Source: an uncultured Christensenella sp.
GTDB lineage: Bacteria > Bacillota > Clostridia > Christensenellales > UBA3700
NCBI GenBank assembly: GCA_949287655.1
Contig: CASEHD010000004.1
Span: forward strand, 55 to 64,054
Reading direction: 5' to 3'
Length of the DNA: 64,000 bases
In this document: positions 40,594-52,872 of the stretch, in pieces
Layout of the letters: every line of letters starts with the position of its first letter
Position numbering within the stretch: the first letter of the stretch is position 1
The notes under the pieces: generated by a model
Seen by the model: the letters and a program-made list of their open reading frames with translations, nothing else
Databases searched by the model: none
Told to the model about the DNA's origin: nothing
Translations under genes and position numbers: made by a program

Positions 40594-41757
40594 ATGGATA
40601 TTAAACAGACTGACAAGCAATACGTTATGGGCACGTACAACCGCTTCGACCTGCTTATCACGGCGGGCGAGGGCTGTTATTGCTTTGACGAAAAGGGAAA
40701 CAGATATACAGACCTGACCAGCGGCATAGGCGTCAACTGCCTGGGCTATTGCGACAGGGAGTGGGCAGACGCGGTGTCCGAACAGGCGCACACGCTCAGC
40801 CACACTTCCAATCTCTTTTATACAGAACCGTGCGTTAAGCTCGCGAAAACGCTGTGCGACAGGACGGGCGCAAAAAAGGTGTTCTTCGCCAACAGCGGCG
40901 CAGAAGCGAACGAGGGCGCGATAAAGGTCGCGAGGAAATATTCTTACGACAAGTACGGCGGCGGCAGAAATACCGTTATAACGCTGAAAAACTCATTCCA
41001 CGGCAGGACGATAACTACTCTCGCGGCGACCGGACAGGATGTGTTCCACAACTACTTTTTCCCGTTCACCGAAGGCTTCAGATATGTCGAGAGCGGCAAT
41101 ATGGACGCGCTGAAAGAGCAGTTCGACGACAGCGTCTGCGCGGTGATGATAGAGTTTATTCAGGGCGAAGGCGGCGTGATACCGCAGGATACGGAATACG
41201 TAAAGGCGCTCAGAAGCTTCTGCGACGAAAAGGACGTGCTTTTAATTGCGGACGAAGTGCAGACGGGAGTAGGCAGGACGGGCAAGTTCCTCGCCTGTGA
41301 AAATTACGGGATAACGCCCGACGTCACGACTTTCGCGAAAGGTCTGGGCGGCGGTCTGCCGATAGGCGCGGTCGCGGTCTACGGCAAGGCTGAAAACGTT
41401 ATGGGCTTTTCCTCTCACGGCAGCACTTTCGGCGGAAATCCGATAGTATGCGCCGGCGCGCTCAAGGTCTTGGAGAGGATAGACGACGCGTTCCTCGCCG
41501 ACGTGGTCAAGAAAGGCGAGTACGCGCGCAAAAAGCTTGTCGGCGCAAAGGGCGTTGAAAGCGTTACCGGCGCGGGACTTATGATAGGAATCAAGCCGAC
41601 GGACAAAAAGTCCGCGGATGTAGTTAAAAAGGGCATCGAGCGCGGCGTGCTTATGCTGACGGCAAAAGACAAGATAAGGCTTTTGCCCCCGCTCAACATC
41701 ACGGTCAAACAACTCGACGAAGCGCTGGATATACTGCTTGAGATCCTCGCTGAATAA
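40594..41757 (+). CDS. argD: Acetylornithine aminotransferase
   Basis: NSGAEANE, SFHGRT, DEVQTGVGRTG, AKGLGGG (PLP Lys), HGSTFGGNP. Confidence 0.93.
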   Translation: MDIKQTDKQYVMGTYNRFDLLITAGEGCYCFDEKGNRYTDLTSGIGVNCLGYCDREWADAVSEQAHTLSHTSNLFYTEPCVKLAKTLCDRTGAKKVFFANSGAEANEGAIKVARKYSYDKYGGGRNTVITLKNSFHGRTITTLAATGQDVFHNYFFPFTEGFRYVESGNMDALKEQFDDSVCAVMIEFIQGEGGVIPQDTEYVKALRSFCDEKDVLLIADEVQTGVGRTGKFLACENYGITPDVTTFAKGLGGGLPIGAVAVYGKAENVMGFSSHGSTFGGNPIVCAGALKVLERIDDAFLADVVKKGEYARKKLVGAKGVESVTGAGLMIGIKPTDKKSADVVKKGIERGVLMLTAKDKIRLLPPLNITVKQLDEALDILLEILAE

Positions 41758-41766
41758 AGGAGAAAT

Positions 41767-42669
41767 ATGAAACATTTACTCAAAATGCTCGATTTAAGCA
41801 AAGAAGAGATATTTTCCATACTCAACCTTGCCGATCAGCTCAAATTCAATCAGAAACACAATATACCCCACAAGCACCTTGAAGGAAAGACGCTCGGAAT
41901 GATCTTCCAGAAGGCGTCGACCAGAACGAGAGTGTCTTTCGAAACGGGTATGTATCAGCTGGGCGGTCAGGCGCTTTTCCTGTCGTCCAACGACTTGCAG
42001 ATAGGCAGAGGAGAGCCGGTGCAGGATACCGCGCGCGTGCTTTCCAGATACCTCGACGGCATTATGATCAGAACTTTCGCGCAGAAGGAAGTCGAGGATC
42101 TCGCGAAATACGGCTCGATCCCGATAATCAACGGTCTGACGGACTTCGCGCACCCCTGTCAGGTGCTTGCCGATCTTATGACGATAAGAGAATACAAGGG
42201 CGCGTTCGACTCCCTCAGATTCTGCTATATCGGCGACGGCAACAATATGGCGAATTCGCTTGCGGTCGGCTGCCTTAAAATGGGGATGAAAGTCTCCTTA
42301 GGCTGCCCTAAGGACTATGCGCCCGACAAACAGGTGCTCGACTTTGCGAAAGAGTACGGCGATAAATTCGAACTGACCGACGACATCTTTGCGGCGGCTA
42401 AGGACGCGGACGTGATCTATACCGACGTATGGGCTTCCATGGGACAGGAAAAGGAGAGAGAACAGAGAGCAAAGGCGTTCAAAGGCTATTGCGTGGACGA
42501 CAAGCTTATGGCTGTGACCAAGCCGGACGCGATGGTGCTGCACTGCCTGCCCGCGCACAGAGGCGAGGAGATAAGCGAAGAGGTGTTCGAATCTCATCCC
42601 GAGATATTCGACGAAGCGGAAAACAGACTGCACGCTCAAAAAGCGGTGCTCGTCAAGCTGCTGGGTTGA
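41767..42669 (+). CDS. argF: Ornithine carbamoyltransferase
   Basis: STRTR, HPCQ, SMG, HCLP, ENR. Confidence 0.96.
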   Translation: MKHLLKMLDLSKEEIFSILNLADQLKFNQKHNIPHKHLEGKTLGMIFQKASTRTRVSFETGMYQLGGQALFLSSNDLQIGRGEPVQDTARVLSRYLDGIMIRTFAQKEVEDLAKYGSIPIINGLTDFAHPCQVLADLMTIREYKGAFDSLRFCYIGDGNNMANSLAVGCLKMGMKVSLGCPKDYAPDKQVLDFAKEYGDKFELTDDIFAAAKDADVIYTDVWASMGQEKEREQRAKAFKGYCVDDKLMAVTKPDAMVLHCLPAHRGEEISEEVFESHPEIFDEAENRLHAQKAVLVKLLG

Positions 42670-42670
42670 C

Positions 42671-43360
42671 ATGCGCCGTATCTGTGATATAGAAAACAAA
42701 AAATTCGAAGGTTTAAGACTTTGCCGCGCAGAACTCTGCGACTACGGCAAGGTCTTTGCTTTTCTCGATAATTGCAGGAACGCGCTCGAAAAGACAGAGT
42801 ATTTTTATCCTTATACGCAGACCGAGCTAGAAGCGGTGCTGGACAAAGGATATTTTCTTTGCGCGCTGGACGGCGACGAGATAGTAGCGACCTGCGCCGT
42901 GGATACAGACGAAGAATATGCAAAACAGCTCGCCGAAGTGATAAAGAAAGGGTCGGGCGGTAAGGTGGACGTCGGGAAGGCGTACGAGGCGAGCGGACTT
43001 ATGGTAAGAGAAGATCACCGCGGCGCGGGACTAGCTTCCTATATGCTTTCAAGGGCGGTAGAGTACGCAGACGAGCACGAAATAAACCTGTGCGGAGTCG
43101 TTTTTTACACAAATAAAGCGAGTATAGCGACCTTTTTTGGCAGAAAATTCTTACTGAGCGCTATATTTGAGCCTATAAACGGCTATAAATTTGTATATTT
43201 ATTAAAAAAATTTAATTTTTGCTATTCAAAGCCCGAATTATATGGTAAAATAAATATAACGGAAGCGGAAGAGCTGAACACCGCATTACAAAAGGGTTTT
43301 CAGGCGTTCGGGCTTGCCGGCGATTCGTTACTTATGACGGAAATAGGCCGCAAGGCTTAA
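42671..43360 (+). CDS. GNAT-family N-acetyltransferase
   Basis: MVREDHRGAGLA acetyl-CoA motif A and N.AS. Starts 1 bp after argF. Confidence 0.75.
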   Translation: MRRICDIENKKFEGLRLCRAELCDYGKVFAFLDNCRNALEKTEYFYPYTQTELEAVLDKGYFLCALDGDEIVATCAVDTDEEYAKQLAEVIKKGSGGKVDVGKAYEASGLMVREDHRGAGLASYMLSRAVEYADEHEINLCGVVFYTNKASIATFFGRKFLLSAIFEPINGYKFVYLLKKFNFCYSKPELYGKINITEAEELNTALQKGFQAFGLAGDSLLMTEIGRKA

Positions 43361-43404
43361 ATAAAACAAGTGGACTTGATAAATAAGTCCGAGGAGGAAA
43401 TTGT

Positions 43405-43674
43405 ATGAATAAAAGTGAATTGATTGCTGTCGTCGCTGACAAGGCTCAGGTAACCAAAGAAGTTGCCGGCAAGTGCCTCGACGGAGTTATCGCTGCTGTT
43501 GCAGAAGCTCTCGCAAACGGCGAAGAAGTCGCTCTTGCAGGTTTCGGAAAGTTCGAAGTCAAAGAAAGAGCAGAAAGACAGGGCGTCAATCCCGCTACCG
43601 GCGAAAAGATCACGATCGCGGCAAGCAAAGCCGTTTCTTTCAAGGCAGGAAAGAGCCTTAAGGACAGCCTGTAA
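43405..43674 (+). CDS. hup: Histone-like DNA-binding protein HU
   Basis: MNKSELI, GFGKF, G.NP.TGE.I.I, FKAGKSLK. Confidence 0.95.
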   Translation: MNKSELIAVVADKAQVTKEVAGKCLDGVIAAVAEALANGEEVALAGFGKFEVKERAERQGVNPATGEKITIAASKAVSFKAGKSLKDSL

Positions 43675-43695
43675 AATTTACTTAACAAAAAAATC

Positions 43696-43722
43696 GGAGA
43701 GCATTCGCTCTCCTATTTTTTT
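43696..43722 (+). terminator. Intrinsic terminator after hup
   Basis: GGAGAGC-ATTC-GCTCTCC followed by TATTTTTTT. Confidence 0.8.
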
Positions 43723-44149
43723 GCCTTTCGGCAGACAGTCGACGTTTATTGCGGGTCAGAAAGATAAGACATATCCGCCGATCGAGACTGCTTTTTTTAC
43801 CGGAGCAGCGCTGCCGCCCGCGACTTCTTTCGTTTTGTCCCTGAGCGTTGAGTAAAACCGCCGGACGCGTCGTACAGCACGTGAAAAGACTGCGTCGACG
43901 CATTTACGGGCAAGTAACGCGCGCCGAGTGTGAAACGCTGCCCGAGGCGGCGAAACAAGTATAATTATGCGTATAAAAGTATAATTCATAGTTAATACCC
44001 CAATGTATATCTTTTGCTTGCCGCGCGCGTAGATCTAAGGTAAAAAAACGAAAGAGGAAAAAGGGTTTAAAGAACGTTGAAAACGACGCGGCGACGACGC
44101 TTTGCGACACAACGGAAAAGTCGGGTTTTGCGATAAAATATTAACGTAA

Positions 44150-44220
44150 ACACAATATATTGTTTTTACAAAATTTAGCATATACAAAATGTTGCATTTT
44201 GTTTAAAGCTGTGTTACAAT
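44150..44220 (+). promoter_or_regulatory. pflB promoter with tandem NrdR-like boxes
   Basis: TTGCAT(44192)-N17-TACAAT(44215). Boxes ACACAATATATTGTTT (44150-44165) and ATACAAAATGTTGCAT (44182-44197) are 32 bp apart, and the second overlaps the -35. Confidence 0.55.
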
Positions 44221-44240
44221 GTGTTTGCAATATAAAGATA

Positions 44241-44310
44241 GCTGTGCGACTGACGGATTACATAGTTCACTATGGTGGAGCACAGCGGTTTAAGTCGACC
44301 GTCTGGGCAA
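44241..44310 (+). ncRNA. ZMP/ZTP riboswitch (pfl RNA motif)
   Basis: P1 GCTGTG...CACAGC enclosing CGACTGACGGA and GGAG, P2 CATAGT/ACTATG, P3 GTCGACCGTCTGGGCA with a GACGG/CCGTC pseudoknot, directly upstream of pflB. Confidence 0.9.
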
Positions 44311-44368
44311 AAAAACAACAAAAGGTCCCGGCGGTATTTTTATTTTCAAGGGACAAAGGAGTAATGTT

Positions 44369-46594
44369 ATGGTTAACGAATGGCAGGGTTTCAAAAAGGG
44401 CAACTGGTGCAAGACGATAGACGTCAGAGATTTTATCGTCAGAAACTACACCCCGTATACGGGCGACGGCTCCTTCCTCAGCGGTCCGACTCAGAGAACG
44501 TCGGAAGTCAAAGCCAAGGTTGACGACCTGCTGGTCAGGGAAGCGGAAAAAGGAGTGCTCGACGTAGACACCGAAAACGTCGCGTCCATACTTTCGTATG
44601 CGCCCGGATATATCGACAAGGAAAAGGACATTATCGTCGGCTTGCAGACAGACGCGCCGCTCAAGCGCGCTATCAACCCGTTTGCGGGCAAGAGAATGAG
44701 TGAAAAGGCGTGCGACGCTTACGGTTATAAGATGTCAGATCTCATTAAGACGGAATTCAAATACCGCACCACGCACAACGACGGCGTGTTCCGCGTATAC
44801 ACCGACGAGATGAGGGCGGCAAGGCACGTCGGCGTGATCACCGGTCTTCCCGACGCTTACGCGAGAGGCAGGATAATCGGCGACTACCGCAGGATCGCGC
44901 TTTACGGCATGGACTACCTGATGGAGTGCAAGAGGGCGGACAAAAAAGAGCTGGGCAAAAACGATATGAGCGCGGAAAACATCCAGCTCATCGAGGACGT
45001 CCAGAAGCAGCTTGAATTTATGGATCAGCTCAAGGTCATGGCTTCTCAGTACGGCTTCGATATCTCAAAGCCTGCGGCGAACGCGAGAGAAGCGGTGCAA
45101 TGGCTTTATTTCGGCTACCTCGGCGCGGTCAAGGAGCAGAACGGCGCGGCGAACTCTATCGGCAGGATATCCACCTTCCTTGATATCTATATAGAAAGGG
45201 ATATCAAAAGGGGCGTGCTGACAGAAGCGGGCGCGCAGGAGCTCATAGACGATCTCGTACTCAAATTAAGGCTGGTAAGACACCTCAGGACGCCCGAATA
45301 CAACGACCTGTTCGCCGGCGACCCGACCTGGGTCACGATGTCAGAAGGCGGTATCTGTGAGGACGGCAGACCGATGGTCACAAAAAACTGCTTCCGCGTG
45401 CTTCAGACCCTTTACAACCTGGGCAGCAGCGCGGAGCCTAATATAACGATCCTCTGGTCGCAGGAACTTCCCAAGGGGTTTAAGGACTTCTGCGCGAAGG
45501 TCTCGATAGACACAGACTCCATTCAGTACGAAAACGACGACGTTATGCGTCCGGCGTTCGGCGACGACTACGCGATCGCGTGCTGTGTTTCCGCGATGAA
45601 AGAGGGCAAACAGATGCAGTTTTTCGGCGCGAGATGCAACCTTGCGAAAGTCCTGCTGATGGCGCTCAACGGCGGCAAGGACGAGATATACGGCATACAG
45701 GTCGCGCCCGAGGGCAAGATTTTCGACGAGGGCGTACTCGATTACGACAAAGTGCTTAAAGCGTATAAGAAATATATGAAGTGGATGGCGAAGCTTTACG
45801 TCAACACTCTGAACATAATCCACTATATGCACGACAAGTATGCGTATGAAAGGCTTATGATGAGCCTGCACGATACACACGTCGAAAGGCTCATGGCTTT
45901 CGGCATATGCGGTCTCAGCGTGCTTGCGGACAGCCTCAGCGCGATAAAATACGCTAAGGTGAAGGCGATAAAGGACGAGCGCGGACTTATCACGGATTTT
46001 GAGACAGAGGGCGATTTCCCCAAGTACGGCAACGACGACGACAGGGTGGACAAGATTGCTCAGTGGATAGTGGAAAGCTTCTATAAAGAGCTGATAAAGA
46101 CCCCGACTTACAGGGGCGCGAAGCATACGCTTTCGATACTGACGATAACTTCCAACGTCGTTTACGGCAAGAAGACGGGCTCCACGCCCGACGGCAGAAA
46201 GCGCGGCGAGCCGTTCGCTCCGGGCGCAAACCCGATGCACGGCAGAGACTGCGAGGGAGCTCTCGCCAGCCTTAACTCGGTCGCGAAACTCAGTTACGAC
46301 TGCTGCCGCGACGGCATATCCAATACTTTCTCGATAACTCCCGACACTCTGGGCGAGAACGAGAAGGACAGGGTGGATAAACTGGTAACCATGCTCGACG
46401 GCTATTTCGCGCAGGACGCGCATCATCTGAACGTAAACGTGCTGCACAGACAAAAGCTGATCGATGCGATGAACGACCCGACCCTCTATCCCAACCTTAC
46501 GATAAGGGTAAGCGGATACGCGGTCAATTTCAACAAACTGAACAAAAATCAGCAGAAGGAAGTCATCAGCCGCACTTTCCACGAAAAGTTCTGA
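44369..46594 (+). CDS. pflB: Pyruvate formate-lyase (formate C-acetyltransferase)
   Basis: [23 protein letters not shown] catalytic Cys pair, IRVSGYAV glycyl-radical motif. Confidence 0.96.
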   Translation: MVNEWQGFKKGNWCKTIDVRDFIVRNYTPYTGDGSFLSGPTQRTSEVKAKVDDLLVREAEKGVLDVDTENVASILSYAPGYIDKEKDIIVGLQTDAPLKRAINPFAGKRMSEKACDAYGYKMSDLIKTEFKYRTTHNDGVFRVYTDEMRAARHVGVITGLPDAYARGRIIGDYRRIALYGMDYLMECKRADKKELGKNDMSAENIQLIEDVQKQLEFMDQLKVMASQYGFDISKPAANAREAVQWLYFGYLGAVKEQNGAANSIGRISTFLDIYIERDIKRGVLTEAGAQELIDDLVLKLRLVRHLRTPEYNDLFAGDPTWVTMSEGGICEDGRPMVTKNCFRVLQTLYNLGSSAEPNITILWSQELPKGFKDFCAKVSIDTDSIQYENDDVMRPAFGDDYAIACCVSAMKEGKQMQFFGARCNLAKVLLMALNGGKDEIYGIQVAPEGKIFDEGVLDYDKVLKAYKKYMKWMAKLYVNTLNIIHYMHDKYAYERLMMSLHDTHVERLMAFGICGLSVLADSLSAIKYAKVKAIKDERGLITDFETEGDFPKYGNDDDRVDKIAQWIVESFYKELIKTPTYRGAKHTLSILTITSNVVYGKKTGSTPDGRKRGEPFAPGANPMHGRDCEGALASLNSVAKLSYDCCRDGISNTFSITPDTLGENEKDRVDKLVTMLDGYFAQDAHHLNVNVLHRQKLIDAMNDPTLYPNLTIRVSGYAVNFNKLNKNQQKEVISRTFHEKF

Positions 46595-46609
46595 TGAGAT
46601 AATAGAGAT

Positions 46610-47344
46610 ATGGCGAAAATTCAACCGACGGCGAATATCCATTCTTTCGAAAGCCTCGCGACTCTGGACGGCAAAGGGCTTCGTTACGGGATATTTTTCG
46701 TCGGCTGTCCGTACCGCTGCGTATATTGTCACAACCCCGATACATGGGAAGGAGAAGGGCAGCGCTTCACCGTCGAGGAGCTCGCAAAAAAGGTGATGAG
46801 GTATAAGCCTTATTTCGGCAAGGACGGCGGCGTCACGATAAGCGGCGGAGAGGTACTCCTTCAGAGCGCGTTCGTCGCGGCATTTGAAAGAAGGATGAAA
46901 AAAGAGGGGGTCGGCGTAGTGTTGGACACCTCAGGCGGAGTGCCGCTGACAAGCGACGTAAAGGCGGCGATAGACGGCGCGGAAATGCTTATCCTCGATC
47001 TCAAATTCTGGGATGACGAAGGTTATCGCAAGTACTGCCGCGGCGGGATATCGACGGTTCTGGAAACGCTTGATTATTGCGAGAAAAAACACGTGCCCGT
47101 GTGGATCAGGACGGTAATAGTCCCCGGCATAAACGACAGAGAGGAGTGCATAGACAAGTACGCCGAAGTCGTAAAGGGATATACCTGCGTTGAGCGCTAC
47201 CGGCTTCTCGCGTTCCATACGATGGGCTTTTCAAAATACGAAAGACTGGGGATAGACAATCCGCTTAAGGACACGTCCGCTCTCGACAGAAGCAGACTGG
47301 ACGAATTGCAGAGATATCTGGATTCAAAGGAGATGATCAAATGA
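46610..47344 (+). CDS. pflA: Pyruvate formate-lyase activating enzyme
   Basis: GCPYRCVYCHNPDTW, GGVTISGGE; follows pflB. Confidence 0.93.
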   Translation: MAKIQPTANIHSFESLATLDGKGLRYGIFFVGCPYRCVYCHNPDTWEGEGQRFTVEELAKKVMRYKPYFGKDGGVTISGGEVLLQSAFVAAFERRMKKEGVGVVLDTSGGVPLTSDVKAAIDGAEMLILDLKFWDDEGYRKYCRGGISTVLETLDYCEKKHVPVWIRTVIVPGINDREECIDKYAEVVKGYTCVERYRLLAFHTMGFSKYERLGIDNPLKDTSALDRSRLDELQRYLDSKEMIK

Positions 47345-47823
47345 CGAAAGAAGAAAGAAAGCAACTGGCTTACGAGAATTTCAAAAAGGGATATAATTGC
47401 TGTCAGTCGGTCGTGCTCGCTTTTTCGGACGTGCTTCCGCTCGACGAAGCGACGCTTGAAAAACTGTCGCTCTGTTTCGGCGCGGGCTTCGGCAGGACGA
47501 GAAACTTGTGCGGCGCGGTCAGCGCGTACGGCTTCATCGTCGGGCTTTTGCACGATAAGAAAGAGACGCTCGCAGACGACAAGACGGACGCGTATAAGCA
47601 GATAACGGATCTTGACAACAAATTCAAAGCGCTGAACGGCACGGACAACTGCGGAGAGCTTCTGAAAAACGTAAAGAATCTCACCGCTGGCTATGTTCCT
47701 GAAGTCAGAGACGAGGAATATTACAAGGTGCGTCCCTGTGCAAAATTTGTGGTAGACAGCGCGGGACTTCTGCATGATTACATTGTCGAAACGGGTATAA
47801 CGGACCGGAACGACGCGAATTAA
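47341..47823 (+). CDS. C-GCAxxG-C-C family putative redox protein
   Basis: GYNCCQSV, FGAGFG...CGAVS, NCGEL, PCAKFV. Overlaps the pflA stop (ATGA). Confidence 0.85.
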   Translation: MTKEERKQLAYENFKKGYNCCQSVVLAFSDVLPLDEATLEKLSLCFGAGFGRTRNLCGAVSAYGFIVGLLHDKKETLADDKTDAYKQITDLDNKFKALNGTDNCGELLKNVKNLTAGYVPEVRDEEYYKVRPCAKFVVDSAGLLHDYIVETGITDRNDAN

Positions 47824-48402
47824 GCTTAAAGCGTAAAATTTTCGCAGCCGGCCGGTGTGTCCGGCGGCATTAGTCGGCTGTCGCGGGTTGATACTTGTTG
47901 CGGCTAAAGAAACTTATATCGGTTACGGGGTACATTGATATGCTTCGCATTATGTAACCCTGGACGCGTAAATTAAGCTTAAAACTGCCTGCTGCCGCCG
48001 GCGATGATTTTTTTATTGTGTATGGCGTAAATAAAAAAGATTTAGCTGTTTGAGACAGACATCTGTACGCGACAGAGAACAGCGCTCAGGTCGCATCGGG
48101 CGTCTAAGGGTCTCGCATTATTCCGGTCCGGTATGATAAAATAACTAACCTACGCCTGTTTACGTTTAAGCTCCGCTTTTTTTGCGAAGCTTTTTTATTG
48201 CAAAAGACAAAGTGAGGGGCGCGGGGATAAACGGTATTTAAAGGAGAGTCGCGATCAGAGCGTTTCTGAGCAAAAGCATCCGGGATATTGGGAAGAGGAC
48301 GGAAAGGGCGGGAAAACGCTTATGCGTCGCGCCGCGGCGTTGCGGAGAAGGAACCCGGCAAGCGCGGTTTATAATATCGCGCGCGTTGCACATAATTCCG
48401 TT

Positions 48403-48780
48403 ATGAGATGGGCGCTGAAAAAGATATACAGAATAGCAGGCAACGCATACTGGAAAATATTCGGCGGTTTCGCGCTGTCGCTGATATGGTTTGCGCTGGG
48501 ACTCGCGCTTATTGTTTCCGTCGTCGGTCTTGCGTGGGGGATAAAGTGCATAAAGGTGGGCGTACTGGTTTTTAAACCGTTCGGCAAGCAGACTGTGACA
48601 GTTTTCGACAGACCGGTCGCCGACGCGTTGTGGGCGCTCACGTTCGGTGCGCCGCTGGGTACGGTTGCGGTGATCGGCGCGCTTTCGTCGCTTCTGGTTC
48701 CTGTCGCCGCGCCTCTCAGCGTGCAGTGGCTAAAAGTCGCAAAGGCGTCTCTCTTTCCGTTTTCGACATATCTGAAATAG
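48403..48780 (+). CDS. YccF-domain inner membrane protein
   Basis: Duplicated (G)N..W..FGG / W..TFG...K.A...L.PF(G) pattern; hydrophobic. Confidence 0.75.
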   Translation: MRWALKKIYRIAGNAYWKIFGGFALSLIWFALGLALIVSVVGLAWGIKCIKVGVLVFKPFGKQTVTVFDRPVADALWALTFGAPLGTVAVIGALSSLLVPVAAPLSVQWLKVAKASLFPFSTYLK

Positions 48781-49027
48781 AGAAGGTATATCGGTAAATT
48801 TTCGTACCCGTGTAGGTTATATATCGTTTACCCGTCGTTATGAGGCGCCGTTTTTTTGTTTGTGGAGTAAAGAGAAAAAGAGGTAACGGAACGGGGTAAA
48901 GTCCGCGGCTTTCATTTTATCGACGCGTTCAGCGCGCCGTATCCCGCGCCGTACGGCAGCATCATATTACCGGCGCAGACGCGCTTTTTTCGACGAAAAA
49001 TCGACTGCATTATTTTTTAAGTACCTA

Positions 49028-49056
49028 TTGATATATTTTTATTATAATGCTATAAT
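49028..49056 (+). promoter_or_regulatory. Sigma-A promoter of the GH2 gene
   Basis: TTGATA-N17-TATAAT with extended TG. Confidence 0.65.
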
Positions 49057-49083
49057 ATAAACAAGCGACAGCGAATATTTTAG

Positions 49084-52146
<3,063 letters not shown>

Positions 52147-52243
52147 TGCGGGCGCGGGCGCGTACATAAATAAGTATATATTATGTACGCGCGCGTATCA
52201 TAATAAGATTTTAATAAAATTTATAAATATTTTATTTTTACTA

Positions 52244-52272
52244 TTGAAAAGCAGACGAATATATGCTATAAT
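52244..52272 (+). promoter_or_regulatory. Sigma-A promoter
   Basis: TTGAAA-N17-TATAAT with extended TG. Confidence 0.7.
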
Positions 52273-52313
52273 ACAACTATAATGTTGCGGTGGCAAATGG
52301 AGGAATAAGTTTT

Positions 52314-52541
52314 ATGGCAAAAGAATTCGATTACGAAGTGGTCAAAACCTACGGCAGTCTTTCGGAATCAAGCAAGGGCTGGAAGAAAGAGATCAAATTG
52401 ATCAGCTGGAATCAGAAAGAGCCCAAGTACGACATCAGAGAGTGGTCTCCCGACGGCGAGAAGATGGGCAAGGGCGTTACGCTTTCCAAGGAAGAACTCG
52501 TCAATCTGAAATCCCTTCTCGACGACATTCTCGCAGAGTAA
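52314..52541 (+). CDS. YdbC-family PC4-like ssDNA-binding protein
   Basis: GWKKE..LISWN...KYDIREW...KMGKGVTLS.EE. Confidence 0.9.
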   Translation: MAKEFDYEVVKTYGSLSESSKGWKKEIKLISWNQKEPKYDIREWSPDGEKMGKGVTLSKEELVNLKSLLDDILAE

Positions 52542-52803
52542 CGATTCAGTCCTGAAACATACATACTGACTTTTTATACGGTATATGATTATACGGTAGC
52601 ATTTGCTATCGTATTTTTTTGTCCTTAAAGTCGCACGAAGCGCTTTAACCGCAAGAGCCGCGATGACGGCGAAGGTTAAAAAGAGAACAAAACGGGTAAG
52701 ACAAGACGGTAAAATCCGCGCGCAATATGCGTGCGGGCGCGGCAAGAATACGAGGATTGCGGCACGCTGTTGCGCAAAGGAGTAAATTTTACGTTTTTTA
52801 CTG

Positions 52804-52832
52804 TTGACAAAGAGAGAGTGCGGTAATATAAT
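52804..52832 (+). promoter_or_regulatory. Consensus sigma-A promoter of the antiporter
   Basis: TTGACA-N17-TATAAT. Confidence 0.8.
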
Positions 52833-52872
52833 AAAAAGCTGATTAGGGGAGAAAGGAACGGGAGGTGTGAAT

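Noticed and set aside
48040-48150. Resemblance to a c-di-GMP-I riboswitch (GTCTAAGG...TATGATA) or a type II CRISPR repeat start (GTTTGAGA)
   Set aside because: The GGCAAA/GAAA/GACGCAAA elements are missing, and there is no repeat-spacer array or cas gene. Kept only as an unclassified structured region.
52158-52192. Hairpin GCGCGTACATAA...TTATGTACGCGC after the GH2 gene
   Set aside because: Most simply a 3' stabilising or terminator-like stem. It has no U tract or other copies to support a firmer call.
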